Of a stretch of DNA of 64,000 nt, positions 26,940-36,505 are shown one piece after another (positions within the stretch are counted from its first letter, which is position 1; each line of letters starts with the position of its first letter). The translations under genes and the position numbers were made by a program. The stretch comes from Candidatus Latescibacterota bacterium (GTDB lineage Bacteria > Latescibacterota > UBA2968 > UBA8231). The DNA lies in NCBI GenBank assembly GCA_965203355.1, contig OZ241889.1, positions 384,001-448,000 of the forward strand, written 5' to 3'. The notes under the pieces are model-generated. The model was given only the letters and a program-made list of their open reading frames with translations. It did no database searches and was not told where the DNA came from.

Positions 26940-28034
26940 ATGCTCGGCCTCCGCGCACAACGCCAGCTAGGCCCCTTCACCCTCGACGTCGATATCGAGT
27001 GTACCCACGCTGTCACCGCTATCTACGGGCCGTCGGGCGCGGGCAAGACTTCGCTGCTCAACGTGGTCGCCGGGCTAGTGCGGCCGGAAGTCGGCGAGGT
27101 ATCCTTGGACGGCCAAACCCTCTTTTCCTCGGCTCAGCGCATCGACGTGCCGCCCGAGCACCGCCGCATTGGTTGCGTATTTCAAGACGACTTGCTCTTT
27201 CCGCATCTGAGCACGGAGGAAAACCTGTGCTACGGTCGCGATCTGCTGCCAGCGGCAGCGCGGCGCTTTGCCTTGGATCAGATCGTCGATTTGCTCGAAA
27301 TCGGCCCCCTGCTCAAGCGCCGACCGAGGCACCTGTCCGGCGGCGAGCGCCAGCGCGTCGCCTTGGGCCGCGCCCTGCTTGCTTCCCCGCGCCTCCTGCT
27401 GATGGACGAGCCATTGGCCTCGCTCGATCAGGGCCTCAAAAACCGCATCATCCCCTACTTGTGCCACGTGCGCGACGCCCTCCAGATCCCCATTCTCTAC
27501 GTCAGCCACTCGGTCGCCGAAATCCTCGAACTCACCAGCCAAGTCGTCGTTCTCGACCGCGGCCAAGTCGTAGCGCACGGCGACTTTTTCGCCATCGCCA
27601 CCCAGCCCCAAGTCCTACCGCTGGTCGAAGAGCACGGCTTTGAAAACGTCCTCGACGTGGAAATCGCGGCGAGCGACGCCGAGCGGGGCGTCTGCCAAGT
27701 CCTGTGCCACGGTCAGCCGCTCAAAATTCCCTACTGCGAGCAACCCGTCGGCAGCCGTCTCTTCATTGGCATCCGCGCCGACGACATCGTCCTCGCTCGT
27801 CAGCGGCCCACCGGGCTGAGCGTGCGCAATGCGTTGCAGGGGACCATCAGCGCAATGGCCGATGTGAGGGGGAAACAGCTCATCTACGTGGATGTCGGGC
27901 GGCGGCTGGCCGCCAAGACGACTCCAGAAGCCATTGAGGAAATGCAACTCAGCGTCGGCGACCCCATCTACTGCCTCGTCAAAACCCATTCCATCCGCTT
28001 GGGACCGCAGTTGGCCCGGCTGGAAAAGCGTTGA
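26940..28034 (+). CDS. modC: Molybdate ABC transporter ATP-binding protein
   Basis: Motifs GPSGAGKT, LSGGERQRV and LMDEP, plus a C-terminal TOBE/Mop domain. Confidence 0.92.
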   Translation: MLGLRAQRQLGPFTLDVDIECTHAVTAIYGPSGAGKTSLLNVVAGLVRPEVGEVSLDGQTLFSSAQRIDVPPEHRRIGCVFQDDLLFPHLSTEENLCYGRDLLPAAARRFALDQIVDLLEIGPLLKRRPRHLSGGERQRVALGRALLASPRLLLMDEPLASLDQGLKNRIIPYLCHVRDALQIPILYVSHSVAEILELTSQVVVLDRGQVVAHGDFFAIATQPQVLPLVEEHGFENVLDVEIAASDAERGVCQVLCHGQPLKIPYCEQPVGSRLFIGIRADDIVLARQRPTGLSVRNALQGTISAMADVRGKQLIYVDVGRRLAAKTTPEAIEEMQLSVGDPIYCLVKTHSIRLGPQLARLEKR

Positions 28035-28060
28035 CACAGCAAATATCCGCCTTTTATACT
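28031..28060 (+). promoter_or_regulatory. Sigma70-type promoter
   Basis: TTGACA-18 nt-TATACT, 55 nt upstream of ATG 28116. Confidence 0.6.
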
Positions 28061-28115
28061 CTTTACAAATGAGTACAAACGGGTATCTAAGCACTTCCAA
28101 CCTAAGAGACTCGCC

Positions 28116-28796
28116 ATGAATGTCATCACGGTTGCCCGTCAGCTCGGCAGCTTTGGCGACTGGATCGCCGAGCAGTTGGCTGCCAAACTGGACTACGAAT
28201 TTATCGACCGCCGCCTCGTCGAGGAGATCGCCAGCATCACCGATACTTCGGTCGAAGAGGTTGAGCGCTACGACGAAAAGGGCGAGGGCCGGCTCAGGTT
28301 CTTTCTCAAGAAATTGCTCGTGCCCGAAGTCGCCCCGGGGACTTTTCCCTTATCGGCGGGCGCGTACGCGCCCGAGTTTGGGCTTGAATTTCCCCACATG
28401 CGCGAACACGATGTCAACGAAGCAACGTATCTCGACCGCGGCACGTACCAACTACTCATCACGACCCTCGTGCAAGATTTCGGCCAAAGCGGCCGGGTCG
28501 TCATCGTCGGCCGGGCCAGCCAAGTCATCCTCGCCGATCACCCCAATGCCTGTCACGTCAAAGTCATCGCCCCGCTCGAAACGCGGATCGAGCGATTGAT
28601 GCAGGCCCGCGATACGGACCGAGCGCAAGCGCGAACGCTCATCGAGCAACACGACCAATGGCGACAGAGCTATCTACACAACTACCACCGAGCCGACTGG
28701 AACGATCCGCTGCTCTACGATCTGACGATCAACACCGGCAAAATAGGCCAGACCGCCGCTGTTGATCTGCTCGCCAATTTCTCAGCCGAATCTTAG
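28116..28796 (+). CDS. Cytidylate kinase-like family protein
   Basis: Motifs VITVARQLGSFG, VIVGRAS and YDLTINT. Confidence 0.85.
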   Translation: MNVITVARQLGSFGDWIAEQLAAKLDYEFIDRRLVEEIASITDTSVEEVERYDEKGEGRLRFFLKKLLVPEVAPGTFPLSAGAYAPEFGLEFPHMREHDVNEATYLDRGTYQLLITTLVQDFGQSGRVVIVGRASQVILADHPNACHVKVIAPLETRIERLMQARDTDRAQARTLIEQHDQWRQSYLHNYHRADWNDPLLYDLTINTGKIGQTAAVDLLANFSAES

Positions 28797-29084
28797 AAGT
28801 CTTTTTAAGATTATTCTTATTGTTTTTTGAACCCCAAAAAAGCCTAGTAGTAATGGAGTCTCGCCCTCGGAAAACGCCCGATCGAGGAACCGCTCGACCG
28901 CCCGTTGAAGGAGTCCGACGAGAATTCTAAAAACGCTTCTGAGAAGCCTTTTTAAAATTATTCTTATTGTTTTTTGAACCCGCCAAAAAGCCGCTCGGAA
29001 AACGCCCGATCCAAGGACCTCTCGACGGCCCGTTGAAGGAGTCCGACGAGAATCTTAAAAACGCTTCTGAGAAGCCTTTTTAAA
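28795..29084. mobile_element. Tandem MITE-like elements: copy 1 at 28795-28940, copy 2 at 28942-29068 (internally deleted), terminal stub at 29070-29084
   Basis: Each unit runs AGAAG(T/C)CTTTTTAA...TAAAAACGCTTCT (terminal inverted repeats) with a shared interior. A third full copy lies at 63815-63960. Confidence 0.8.
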
Positions 29085-29108
29085 GCACCGACCGCCGCGT
29101 TTGCAGCC

Positions 29109-30602
29109 TCAAAGATCGAACGATCGCGGCACCGCCTGCGCTCGTGCCCCGTGTAAAAACGCGTCGTCCGGCCGCGGCCAACGCATCGCGTACTGCCGGC
29201 TGCGCTGGCGGCGGTAGCCGGCATTGTAGTACGTGCTCGCGGCGAGCCAGCGCAGCAAACGGGCCGTAAGCTCGTTTTGCCGTTCCCGATGCTCGGGTCG
29301 GCCCCAGAGGTTCCACAACTCGTGCGGGTCCTGCTCCAAATCGTATAGCTCGCCCTGATCTTGGCCGATGTAATAGACCATTTTGTGCCGCTGGCCGCGC
29401 ATCATCACCTGATAGTTGTCCTCGCAGAACACCCACTCGCGCGGCACGCAGTCCGCGGCCCCTTCCAAGTATGGCCGCAGCGAACGTCCCTCTAGGTAGC
29501 TAGGCACCTCCACGCCAGCCGCTTCTAGCATCGTCGGCCCCAAATCCATCAGCGAGACCAAGTCGCCGATCTCGCCGCCTTTTTGCGTGCGACGGCTGTC
29601 GCGCACAATCAGCGGCACGTGTACTATCGGATCGTACATCAGCCACTTATACGCCAGCCCGTGATCGCCCAACAGCTCGCCGTGATCGGAGCAAAAGAGA
29701 AGCAAGCTATGGTCCAAGAAGCCACGCGCCTGTAGCGCGTCGAGCACTTCGCCGAGCTTCTCATCCACCGTGGTGATCTTAGCGTAGTAGTGCCGTCGCA
29801 TGTGGGCGATGTCTTCTTCGCTGGGCGAGTACATGTCGATCGCAGACTCGTGCTCGGTCTCAGCGTGCGTCTTTCTCTGCGCCGCGTGCTGGGGCGGCTT
29901 GTCGGCTAACTCGCCCTCGCGCATCGCGCACGGCGGCATTGGACGCCCCGCGTACTGCTCCAGATGCCTCGGCAGCGGGTCCCATGGCTCGTGCGGACCG
30001 GTAAAACCCACCTGCAAGAAAAACGGCTGTTGGCCCTTGTAATCGCGGATCCAGGTAAGGGCCGAGTCGCCGATAAAAACGTCCGAGTGAAAGCGCTCCT
30101 CCAAGTGCCAAGGGACGCCTTGATATTTTTGTAGCCAATCGGGATCGGTCTTGTTGCGGTCGTTGGGCCGCGCCAAGCCGTGAATCCGCAGATAGCGGCC
30201 CCAATCGTCGTCGGCCCCGCCCATGTCGAGGTTCTTGCTGGTGGGATTCTCCACCACGACCCGTTCGTGAAAGCCCCCAGCTACATCGCGCGGAGCAAAG
30301 TGCATCTTGCCAATGTTGACGCAGTGATACCCCGCGTCGTTGAGGTCTTGCACCCAATTGCGGTGATTGGCCCAGTGGTCGAAGCTGTACACGCCGGTAT
30401 TGTGCGGATACATGCCCGTGAAGATCGCCGCCCGCGAGGCAATGCAGGTCGCGCCCGGGCAAAACGCATTGCGGAACGAAAGCCCCTCTGCGGCCAAGCG
30501 GTCCATCGCCGGCGTAATCGCGTAGTCGTAGCCCCAAGCACCGATTGTGTCGAAGCGCTGTTGATCGGTCATAATGAGAATGATGTTGGGTCGTTTTAGC
30601 AT
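29109..30602 (-). CDS. Sulfatase (Cys-type formylglycine-dependent)
   Basis: Motifs PNIILIMTDQ, CIASRAAIFTG, GKMH, PHEP and SDHG. Confidence 0.92.
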   Translation of the reverse strand: MLKRPNIILIMTDQQRFDTIGAWGYDYAITPAMDRLAAEGLSFRNAFCPGATCIASRAAIFTGMYPHNTGVYSFDHWANHRNWVQDLNDAGYHCVNIGKMHFAPRDVAGGFHERVVVENPTSKNLDMGGADDDWGRYLRIHGLARPNDRNKTDPDWLQKYQGVPWHLEERFHSDVFIGDSALTWIRDYKGQQPFFLQVGFTGPHEPWDPLPRHLEQYAGRPMPPCAMREGELADKPPQHAAQRKTHAETEHESAIDMYSPSEEDIAHMRRHYYAKITTVDEKLGEVLDALQARGFLDHSLLLFCSDHGELLGDHGLAYKWLMYDPIVHVPLIVRDSRRTQKGGEIGDLVSLMDLGPTMLEAAGVEVPSYLEGRSLRPYLEGAADCVPREWVFCEDNYQVMMRGQRHKMVYYIGQDQGELYDLEQDPHELWNLWGRPEHRERQNELTARLLRWLAASTYYNAGYRRQRSRQYAMRWPRPDDAFLHGARAQAVPRSFDL

Positions 30603-30624
30603 GGTACTTTCTCCTTAGATCGTT

Positions 30625-33156
30625 TTAGCATGACGCTTCTTCCAAGCCGGCTTCCGCAAGGGCCTCCAGTAGCGACGGCACGCCAAAAAACACCAAACTC
30701 AACGCGGTCGGGTGCATGGCCACCGCGCCGCGGTAATCCGGGCGGTCGCTCCAGTCCTGTTGGTCCATCAATTCAGCCAGCACCACGCGCCCCACCTCCA
30801 GATAGCCCTTTTCTCCGGTCAGTCGCCAAGCGTACGCCAGCGAGCCGCAGAGCACACCGTGATAGCTTTGCGCCCGGGCAAACTCGTCGTCGAAGACGCC
30901 TTTGCCGCCGCAAAACCAATCGACGGCCCGCACGAAAACCTCGGCCACATCCGCGCGCCCGGTCATCCGGTGCAGCCGCTCTAGCCCGACCAGCAAATAG
31001 TGCGTCTGATAGCCTTTTTGCTCCTCGTAGGGCAATACCCGTTTTAATGCAGTAAAGCTCCCCTGCAACGCGAGAAATTCTTCGTCGCTAAACCGAGCCG
31101 CCGCGCCCATTTCCACCGCCAGAGTGGTGCCCTCGGTCGCCATGCCGTACGGTCCCTGGTCGGGCAGCTTGGCCTCCGTGGATACTTGGAAGCGCTTGTG
31201 CCAACTGCCGTCCTCGTTTTGGCCGCGCACCACCGCGTCGTACACCTCTTCGGCGCGGCGCATAAAGCGCGCTTCGCCGGTCAGCTCGTACAGGTAAAGC
31301 AATCCCCGCAGCGCGTTGGCAATGGAGCGCAAACTGAAGCTGTAGCGCGGGTTTTCGCTCCAGCGGTAGCGCAGGAAAAATTCGCCGGCCTCGCGCAAGA
31401 CCTCCCGCGCCCGCTCGTCGCCGCTCAAGTAGTAGTAATCCACCCAGTTGTCGATAAAGGTGTGCGAAGCGCACGGCTCGTCGCCAAAGTGGTCCATGCT
31501 GTGGCGGAAACAGCCGCCGACCATGTACGGCCGAAACGGGTGATAGTGGCAAGTATCTACGTCCAGCGAATGCCGCGTCATGGCCTCGCCGAGCGCGTAG
31601 TAACGCCCCGCGCCCGTGCGCAAGTACTGCAACCACACCGCGTGGCGCGGATCCCATTCGCTGTTGCACCAACCCCAGCGGCCCTTGAAACGCCAGCCTC
31701 CCTCGCGCTCTTCCCACGTGGCCATCACGTCGCCCCAATCGAAAAAACCCTTCCAGCGATAGCGCTCGATGTGCCCTTCCATCCAGGCGACAAAGCCCGT
31801 CAACATGCGGTCCGAGCGCGGGAACTCCGCGCCCGTTGCCAAGCCGCCGACCGCCCCACTCTGCACCACCCAACCCGGCGCGACACTCACTTGGGGCGGG
31901 TGCAAAAGCCCCGGCAATCGCTCGGCAGCCGAGTGGCCTGCGCGAAAAAAATCGACGAAAAACTCGCTGCTCTTCGCCGTGCCCGTACCGTCGGCATAGA
32001 TCCCTTCGCCCTCGTGCCAAGCCACCTCCTCGGCGTAGCGTTTGCAGCTAAGCCGCCGGCCCGCTGGATCGCGCCAAAAAAAGACGTCAATGCCTTGCGC
32101 GCCTAGACCGAGGGCCTTGGGGTACTCCTCGGCCATGTAGCGCAGCGCGACGCCGACGCCGACGCGGCCGTTCTCAGCGCAAATCCAGCCCGCGGCGCAC
32201 TCGCCCTCGGCCCGCACAGTGCGTTCAACGCCTTCGCATTCTTCCCAGTAGAAGTGATCGTCCAGCCGCTGCGACAGCAAGGCGTAGCGCTCGGGGAGCC
32301 AAACGCCCGCTATGACCCGCTCAGCCCCAACGCGCCAAGTTCCACTGCCTGCGGGCAAAATTGGGACGCGCAAGCCCAGTTCCTCCACCTCGGTCTCGCG
32401 CGGATTGCAGGTGACAATCACCGTGTGTACCACCCGCACCTGCGCCTTGCCAGCATAAGCGTAGAGCCGCGTTGCAAAGCGCAGGGGGCGATAGCCGGCA
32501 TAGTGGTGCATGGGCGCGGTTGATTCGTAGGCTCCTCGGCAGCAAACCACCGCCCGCAAGGGACCAGCCTCCTCAATTTCGACGGCGTATTCCTCTTCCC
32601 CGGCTGACGCCAGACAGGTGCCGCCCATTCCGTAGATCCGCCGCTGCGTTCCTCCGACTAAATCAGACTCGGAGATCTTGGCCCAAGCGTCGCCGCCGCC
32701 CCGAGGGGCGACTTCTGCCTCGGCGACAAACGATCCTTCGGTTCGATCGCCTAGTTCGACTCCGTCAAAAAGCGCGAATGTCTTTTTGCCAATGCCAAAG
32801 CGCAGCGGGCCGGTACACACTTCAAACCGATCTTCCCGCTCGGTGATTTCCACGCCTTGGACGCTCGGCGCGGCTTTTTCGTCCGTATGTCTCAAGACGT
32901 ACACGGCCTCTTGCCCCGCTTCCACATCGGCCTGAAAATCCACCAAAACCCACTTTGCGCTGCCGTCCGGCCAGTGGCCCAAGACCCGTAGTTGCCCTCG
33001 GACATCTCGACCTTGGGCGTCCTGCAAAGACAGGTTTTCTACGCCTACTACGGCACCTTGGGGCAGGGGGACGCCTCTTGTCAGGGGAAACCTTCGGCGG
33101 GCAATGCCCGCGGTCTCTTCCACTCTTAAGGCAATGCCTTCGTCGGGTATGCTCAC
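30625..33156 (-). CDS. Large hypothetical protein, exo-rhamnogalacturonan lyase (PL26/YetA)-like
   Basis: Motifs PLTRGVPLPQG, WPDGSAKWVL, TGPLRF, FDWGD..., WCNSEWD and RHSLDVDT. GTG start follows aaggag. Confidence 0.6.
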   Translation of the reverse strand: MSIPDEGIALRVEETAGIARRRFPLTRGVPLPQGAVVGVENLSLQDAQGRDVRGQLRVLGHWPDGSAKWVLVDFQADVEAGQEAVYVLRHTDEKAAPSVQGVEITEREDRFEVCTGPLRFGIGKKTFALFDGVELGDRTEGSFVAEAEVAPRGGGDAWAKISESDLVGGTQRRIYGMGGTCLASAGEEEYAVEIEEAGPLRAVVCCRGAYESTAPMHHYAGYRPLRFATRLYAYAGKAQVRVVHTVIVTCNPRETEVEELGLRVPILPAGSGTWRVGAERVIAGVWLPERYALLSQRLDDHFYWEECEGVERTVRAEGECAAGWICAENGRVGVGVALRYMAEEYPKALGLGAQGIDVFFWRDPAGRRLSCKRYAEEVAWHEGEGIYADGTGTAKSSEFFVDFFRAGHSAAERLPGLLHPPQVSVAPGWVVQSGAVGGLATGAEFPRSDRMLTGFVAWMEGHIERYRWKGFFDWGDVMATWEEREGGWRFKGRWGWCNSEWDPRHAVWLQYLRTGAGRYYALGEAMTRHSLDVDTCHYHPFRPYMVGGCFRHSMDHFGDEPCASHTFIDNWVDYYYLSGDERAREVLREAGEFFLRYRWSENPRYSFSLRSIANALRGLLYLYELTGEARFMRRAEEVYDAVVRGQNEDGSWHKRFQVSTEAKLPDQGPYGMATEGTTLAVEMGAAARFSDEEFLALQGSFTALKRVLPYEEQKGYQTHYLLVGLERLHRMTGRADVAEVFVRAVDWFCGGKGVFDDEFARAQSYHGVLCGSLAYAWRLTGEKGYLEVGRVVLAELMDQQDWSDRPDYRGAVAMHPTALSLVFFGVPSLLEALAEAGLEEASC

Positions 33157-33285
33157 GGGACTTCTCCTTGGTCTCGGCGGTGCGGCGAGGGAAAATAAGC
33201 AAGCGACCCGCGCCCTACCAACCCGCATTGACCCACCTTTACGCCGCTCCTATCTTCTCGCTGCCCAAGCCAAAGGAATCGCCTC

Positions 33286-34659
33286 GTGAAACCAGACCAA
33301 GACCTGAACGCCCAACAGCTTCTTCCGGCAATCCAGCACTTTTTAGCCCTTACTGGCGCCAAGATTCTCGATCTCGACCGCACTTGGGACCCAGATCGCG
33401 GCACCCCGGTCTTCACCCAGCAGGGGCGTTACACCACCCGAGGCTGGACCGAATGGACCCAAGGCTTCCAATACGGCTGCGCTATACTCCAGTACGATAT
33501 GACCGACGACGCGCAGTTCCTCGCGCTCGGCCGCGACCGCACTATCGCGCACATGGCACCACACGTCTCGCACATCGGCGTCCACGATCACGGCTTTAAC
33601 AACCTCTCCACCTATGGCAACTTGCGGCGCCTGATGCTCGAAGGCCGCATTTCGCACGACCAGCGCGAACTGGATTTCTACGAGTTGGCCATCAAGCTGT
33701 CGGGCGCGGTGCAGGCCGCGCGCTGGACTGAGACCGCGTACGGCACGGGCTTTATCCACTCCTTCAACGGCTCGCACTCGCTCTTTTCCGACACCATGCG
33801 CTCGCTGCGCATCTTGGGGACGGCGCACCAGCTAGGCCACGCGCTGATGGGCGAGGGCGACGAGCGCATCAGCCTGCTCGGCCGCTTGATCGAACACGCC
33901 CAGACCAACGCCCGTTTCAACGTCTATTACGGCGAGGGGCGCGACGCTTTTGACACGCCCGGCCGCGTAGTCCACGAATCCATCTTCAACACCCGCGACG
34001 GCCAGTACCGCTGCCCCAGCACCCAACAGGGCTACACCCCGTTCTCGACTTGGACGCGCGGGCTGTCGTGGGTGTTGTTGGGCTACGCCGAGCAGCTAGA
34101 GTATTTCGCCGCCCTCAGCGAGGCCGCCATCGAGCCGTTCGCGACCAAGGCCGACCTCGTGCAAACCATGGAAAAAGCCGCCCTAGCCACCGCTGAATTC
34201 CACATCGCCAACAGCTTTGCCGACGGCGTACCGTTTTGGGACACCGGGGCCCCCGGCGTCGCCTCTTTTGGCGCGATAACCGACCAGCCCTCCGACCCGT
34301 ACAACGACGTCGAGCCGCTCGACAGCTCGGCCGCCGCCATTTGTGGCCAAGGATACTTGCGCTTGGGCAACTACTATTGGTCCAAAGGCGACACCGCGCG
34401 GGGTGCGCGCTATCGCGCAGCGGCCTTCACCACGGCCCGCGCCCTGCTAGCGGAACCGTATCTCGCAGTCGATCCCCAACACCAAGGCATCACCCTCCAC
34501 GCAATCTACCACCGCCCCAATGGCTGGGACTACGTGCCCCAAGGCCGCAAAATCCCCTGCGGCGAGGCCGCCATGTGGGGCGACTACCACACAATGGAAC
34601 TGATGAGCCTGATCAAGCGCGAAGCCGAAAACGCCCCTTATCCACTCTTCTTCCAATAG
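33286..34659 (+). CDS. Glycoside hydrolase family 88-like unsaturated glucuronyl hydrolase
   Basis: Motifs WTQGF, HDHGF, STWTRG, FWD, DSSAAAI and WGDY. Confidence 0.75.
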   Translation: MKPDQDLNAQQLLPAIQHFLALTGAKILDLDRTWDPDRGTPVFTQQGRYTTRGWTEWTQGFQYGCAILQYDMTDDAQFLALGRDRTIAHMAPHVSHIGVHDHGFNNLSTYGNLRRLMLEGRISHDQRELDFYELAIKLSGAVQAARWTETAYGTGFIHSFNGSHSLFSDTMRSLRILGTAHQLGHALMGEGDERISLLGRLIEHAQTNARFNVYYGEGRDAFDTPGRVVHESIFNTRDGQYRCPSTQQGYTPFSTWTRGLSWVLLGYAEQLEYFAALSEAAIEPFATKADLVQTMEKAALATAEFHIANSFADGVPFWDTGAPGVASFGAITDQPSDPYNDVEPLDSSAAAICGQGYLRLGNYYWSKGDTARGARYRAAAFTTARALLAEPYLAVDPQHQGITLHAIYHRPNGWDYVPQGRKIPCGEAAMWGDYHTMELMSLIKREAENAPYPLFFQ

Positions 34660-34670
34660 CGAGACCTATC

Positions 34671-35816
34671 GTGCAAATCGTCGCCATCACTCCCATCGTC
34701 GCCCGCTTCGGCAACCGCCCGCGCGTCTTGGTCAAAGTCGAGACCGACGAGGGCATCACCGGCTGGGGCGAGACCTACTCCATCGGCCCGGACCTAGCTG
34801 TGGGCCCCACGGTCGATTATTGCTTTGAGCTCATCAAGGGCATCGACCCGCGGCGGATCGAATTCATCATGATGAAGCTGCATCAGCAGTTCCGCTTTCC
34901 ACCGGGCGGGATCGGTCTGTCTGCCATCTCCGGCATTGACCACGCGCTGTGGGACATCGCGGGCAAAGCCGCGGGCGTCCCGGTCTATCAGCTTTTGGGC
35001 GGTCACGCCCGCGACCGGGTGCGCGTCTATCGCTCCATCGGCGGTCGCGACGGCCAAGAGGCCGCTGACCAAGCCCGGCGTCTGCACGAGAAGTATGGCT
35101 TCACGGCCTTCAAAACCAGCCCCTATCGGCTCGACCCAGACGCCCATCGCTGGGGCCGCGTCTGCGCCGAGGCCACCCAATACTTTGAAGCATTGCGCGT
35201 TAGCTGCCCGGACGACTGGGAATTCGCCTTCGACCCGCACGCCAAGATCTTCGAGCCGATTCGCGCCTTGCAGCTAGCCAACGCCCTGGCGCCGTACGAT
35301 CCCTTTTTCTACGAAGAGCCGCTGCGCCCCGAGCACATTCCGGCGTGGGCCAGCCTCAAGGCGCAAATGCAGGTGCCATTGGCCACCGGCGAGAGCCTCT
35401 ACGCCCGCTTTGAGTTCCTCAACCTAATCGCCAACCAAGGCGCCGACATCATCCAACCCGACATCTGCGTCTGCGGCGGTTTGCTCGAAATGCGCAAGAT
35501 CAACGCCATTGCCGAAGCGCACTACATCAGCATCGCCCCGCACAACCCCATGGGGCCGTTGGCCACGGCGGTCAACCTGCACTTCTGCACCTCGGCACCC
35601 AATTTCAAAATTCTCGAATACCTCCTGCCGACCGAGTCCGAGTGGAACGACTGGGTTGACGAACCCTATCTGCCCAAAGACGGCTATTTGGAACTGCGGC
35701 CAGACCGGCCGGGGCTAGGCGTCGAAGTCGACGAAGAAGCCATCCGCGACGACGAATACATCCACTGGGAACGCGCCAGCCCAACGCGCCCGGACGGCTC
35801 GACCGGGTACATCTAA
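34671..35816 (+). CDS. Galactonate dehydratase-like enolase-superfamily enzyme
   Basis: Motifs VKVETDEGITGWGE, SGIDHALWDIAGK, FYEEP, ATGE, IIQPD and APHNP. Confidence 0.85.
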   Translation: MQIVAITPIVARFGNRPRVLVKVETDEGITGWGETYSIGPDLAVGPTVDYCFELIKGIDPRRIEFIMMKLHQQFRFPPGGIGLSAISGIDHALWDIAGKAAGVPVYQLLGGHARDRVRVYRSIGGRDGQEAADQARRLHEKYGFTAFKTSPYRLDPDAHRWGRVCAEATQYFEALRVSCPDDWEFAFDPHAKIFEPIRALQLANALAPYDPFFYEEPLRPEHIPAWASLKAQMQVPLATGESLYARFEFLNLIANQGADIIQPDICVCGGLLEMRKINAIAEAHYISIAPHNPMGPLATAVNLHFCTSAPNFKILEYLLPTESEWNDWVDEPYLPKDGYLELRPDRPGLGVEVDEEAIRDDEYIHWERASPTRPDGSTGYI

Positions 35817-36356
35817 ATGCTCAGCCGCGACCACACCGCGCTCGTCCTCATCGACATTCAGGGCAAGCTGGCCGCGCGGATGCACGAGCGCGAGGCACTC
35901 TACCGCCAACTCCAGATTCTCGTCCGCGGCGCACAGGTCCTAGCGTTGCCCATTCTCTGGCTGGAGCAGTATCCCAAAGGGCTTGGCCCCACCATTCCCG
36001 AGGTCGCCGATCTGCTTTCTGACCAAAAGCCATTGGCTAAGACCTGCTTCAGCGCTTGCGGCCTCCGTGCTTTCCAAACCCAACTGCGCCAGTGCGGCCG
36101 ACGCCAGGTTCTCTTGGCCGGAATCGAAAGCCACATCTGCGTCTATCAGACCGCCCGCGACTTGCTGGACTCCGGTTACCACGTCGAAGCCGTCGCCGAC
36201 GCGGTCTCCTCGCGCACCGCCGAGAACAAGGCACTGGGACTGCAAAAAATGGCGGCCGCTGGCGTGCAGATCACTGCGGTGGAAATGTGCCTGTTTGAAT
36301 TGCTACAGAAAGCGGGGACGGCCGATTTCAAGCAAATTGCCGCCTTGGTCAAGTGA
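35817..36356 (+). CDS. Isochorismatase family hydrolase
   Basis: Motifs LIDIQGKL, EQYPKGLGPT, KTCFS and GIESHICVYQT. Confidence 0.9.
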   Translation: MLSRDHTALVLIDIQGKLAARMHEREALYRQLQILVRGAQVLALPILWLEQYPKGLGPTIPEVADLLSDQKPLAKTCFSACGLRAFQTQLRQCGRRQVLLAGIESHICVYQTARDLLDSGYHVEAVADAVSSRTAENKALGLQKMAAAGVQITAVEMCLFELLQKAGTADFKQIAALVK

Positions 36357-36505
36357 GCGGTACTGTTACTGCTGGGGGACAGCATCGTTTCGATGAGGCA
36401 ACAGTACGGCGCGTACAACACACAATGCTACGGGCGGCAGACAAGCATGGCCTGTCTTTTGCTTACAGGGTGGAGTGCTTACATTTACCCAAAGAGGAGC
36501 TTCCC

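Noticed and set aside
28795-29084. Possible CRISPR array
   Set aside because: Units are 127-146 bp with homologous interiors rather than unique spacers, and there are no cas genes. MITE copies explain it better.
28964-29224. Minus-strand ORFs here and at 63691-63996 sharing SVFKILVGLLQRAV
   Set aside because: The shared peptide is a translation of the MITE sequence, with no RBS or coding signal.
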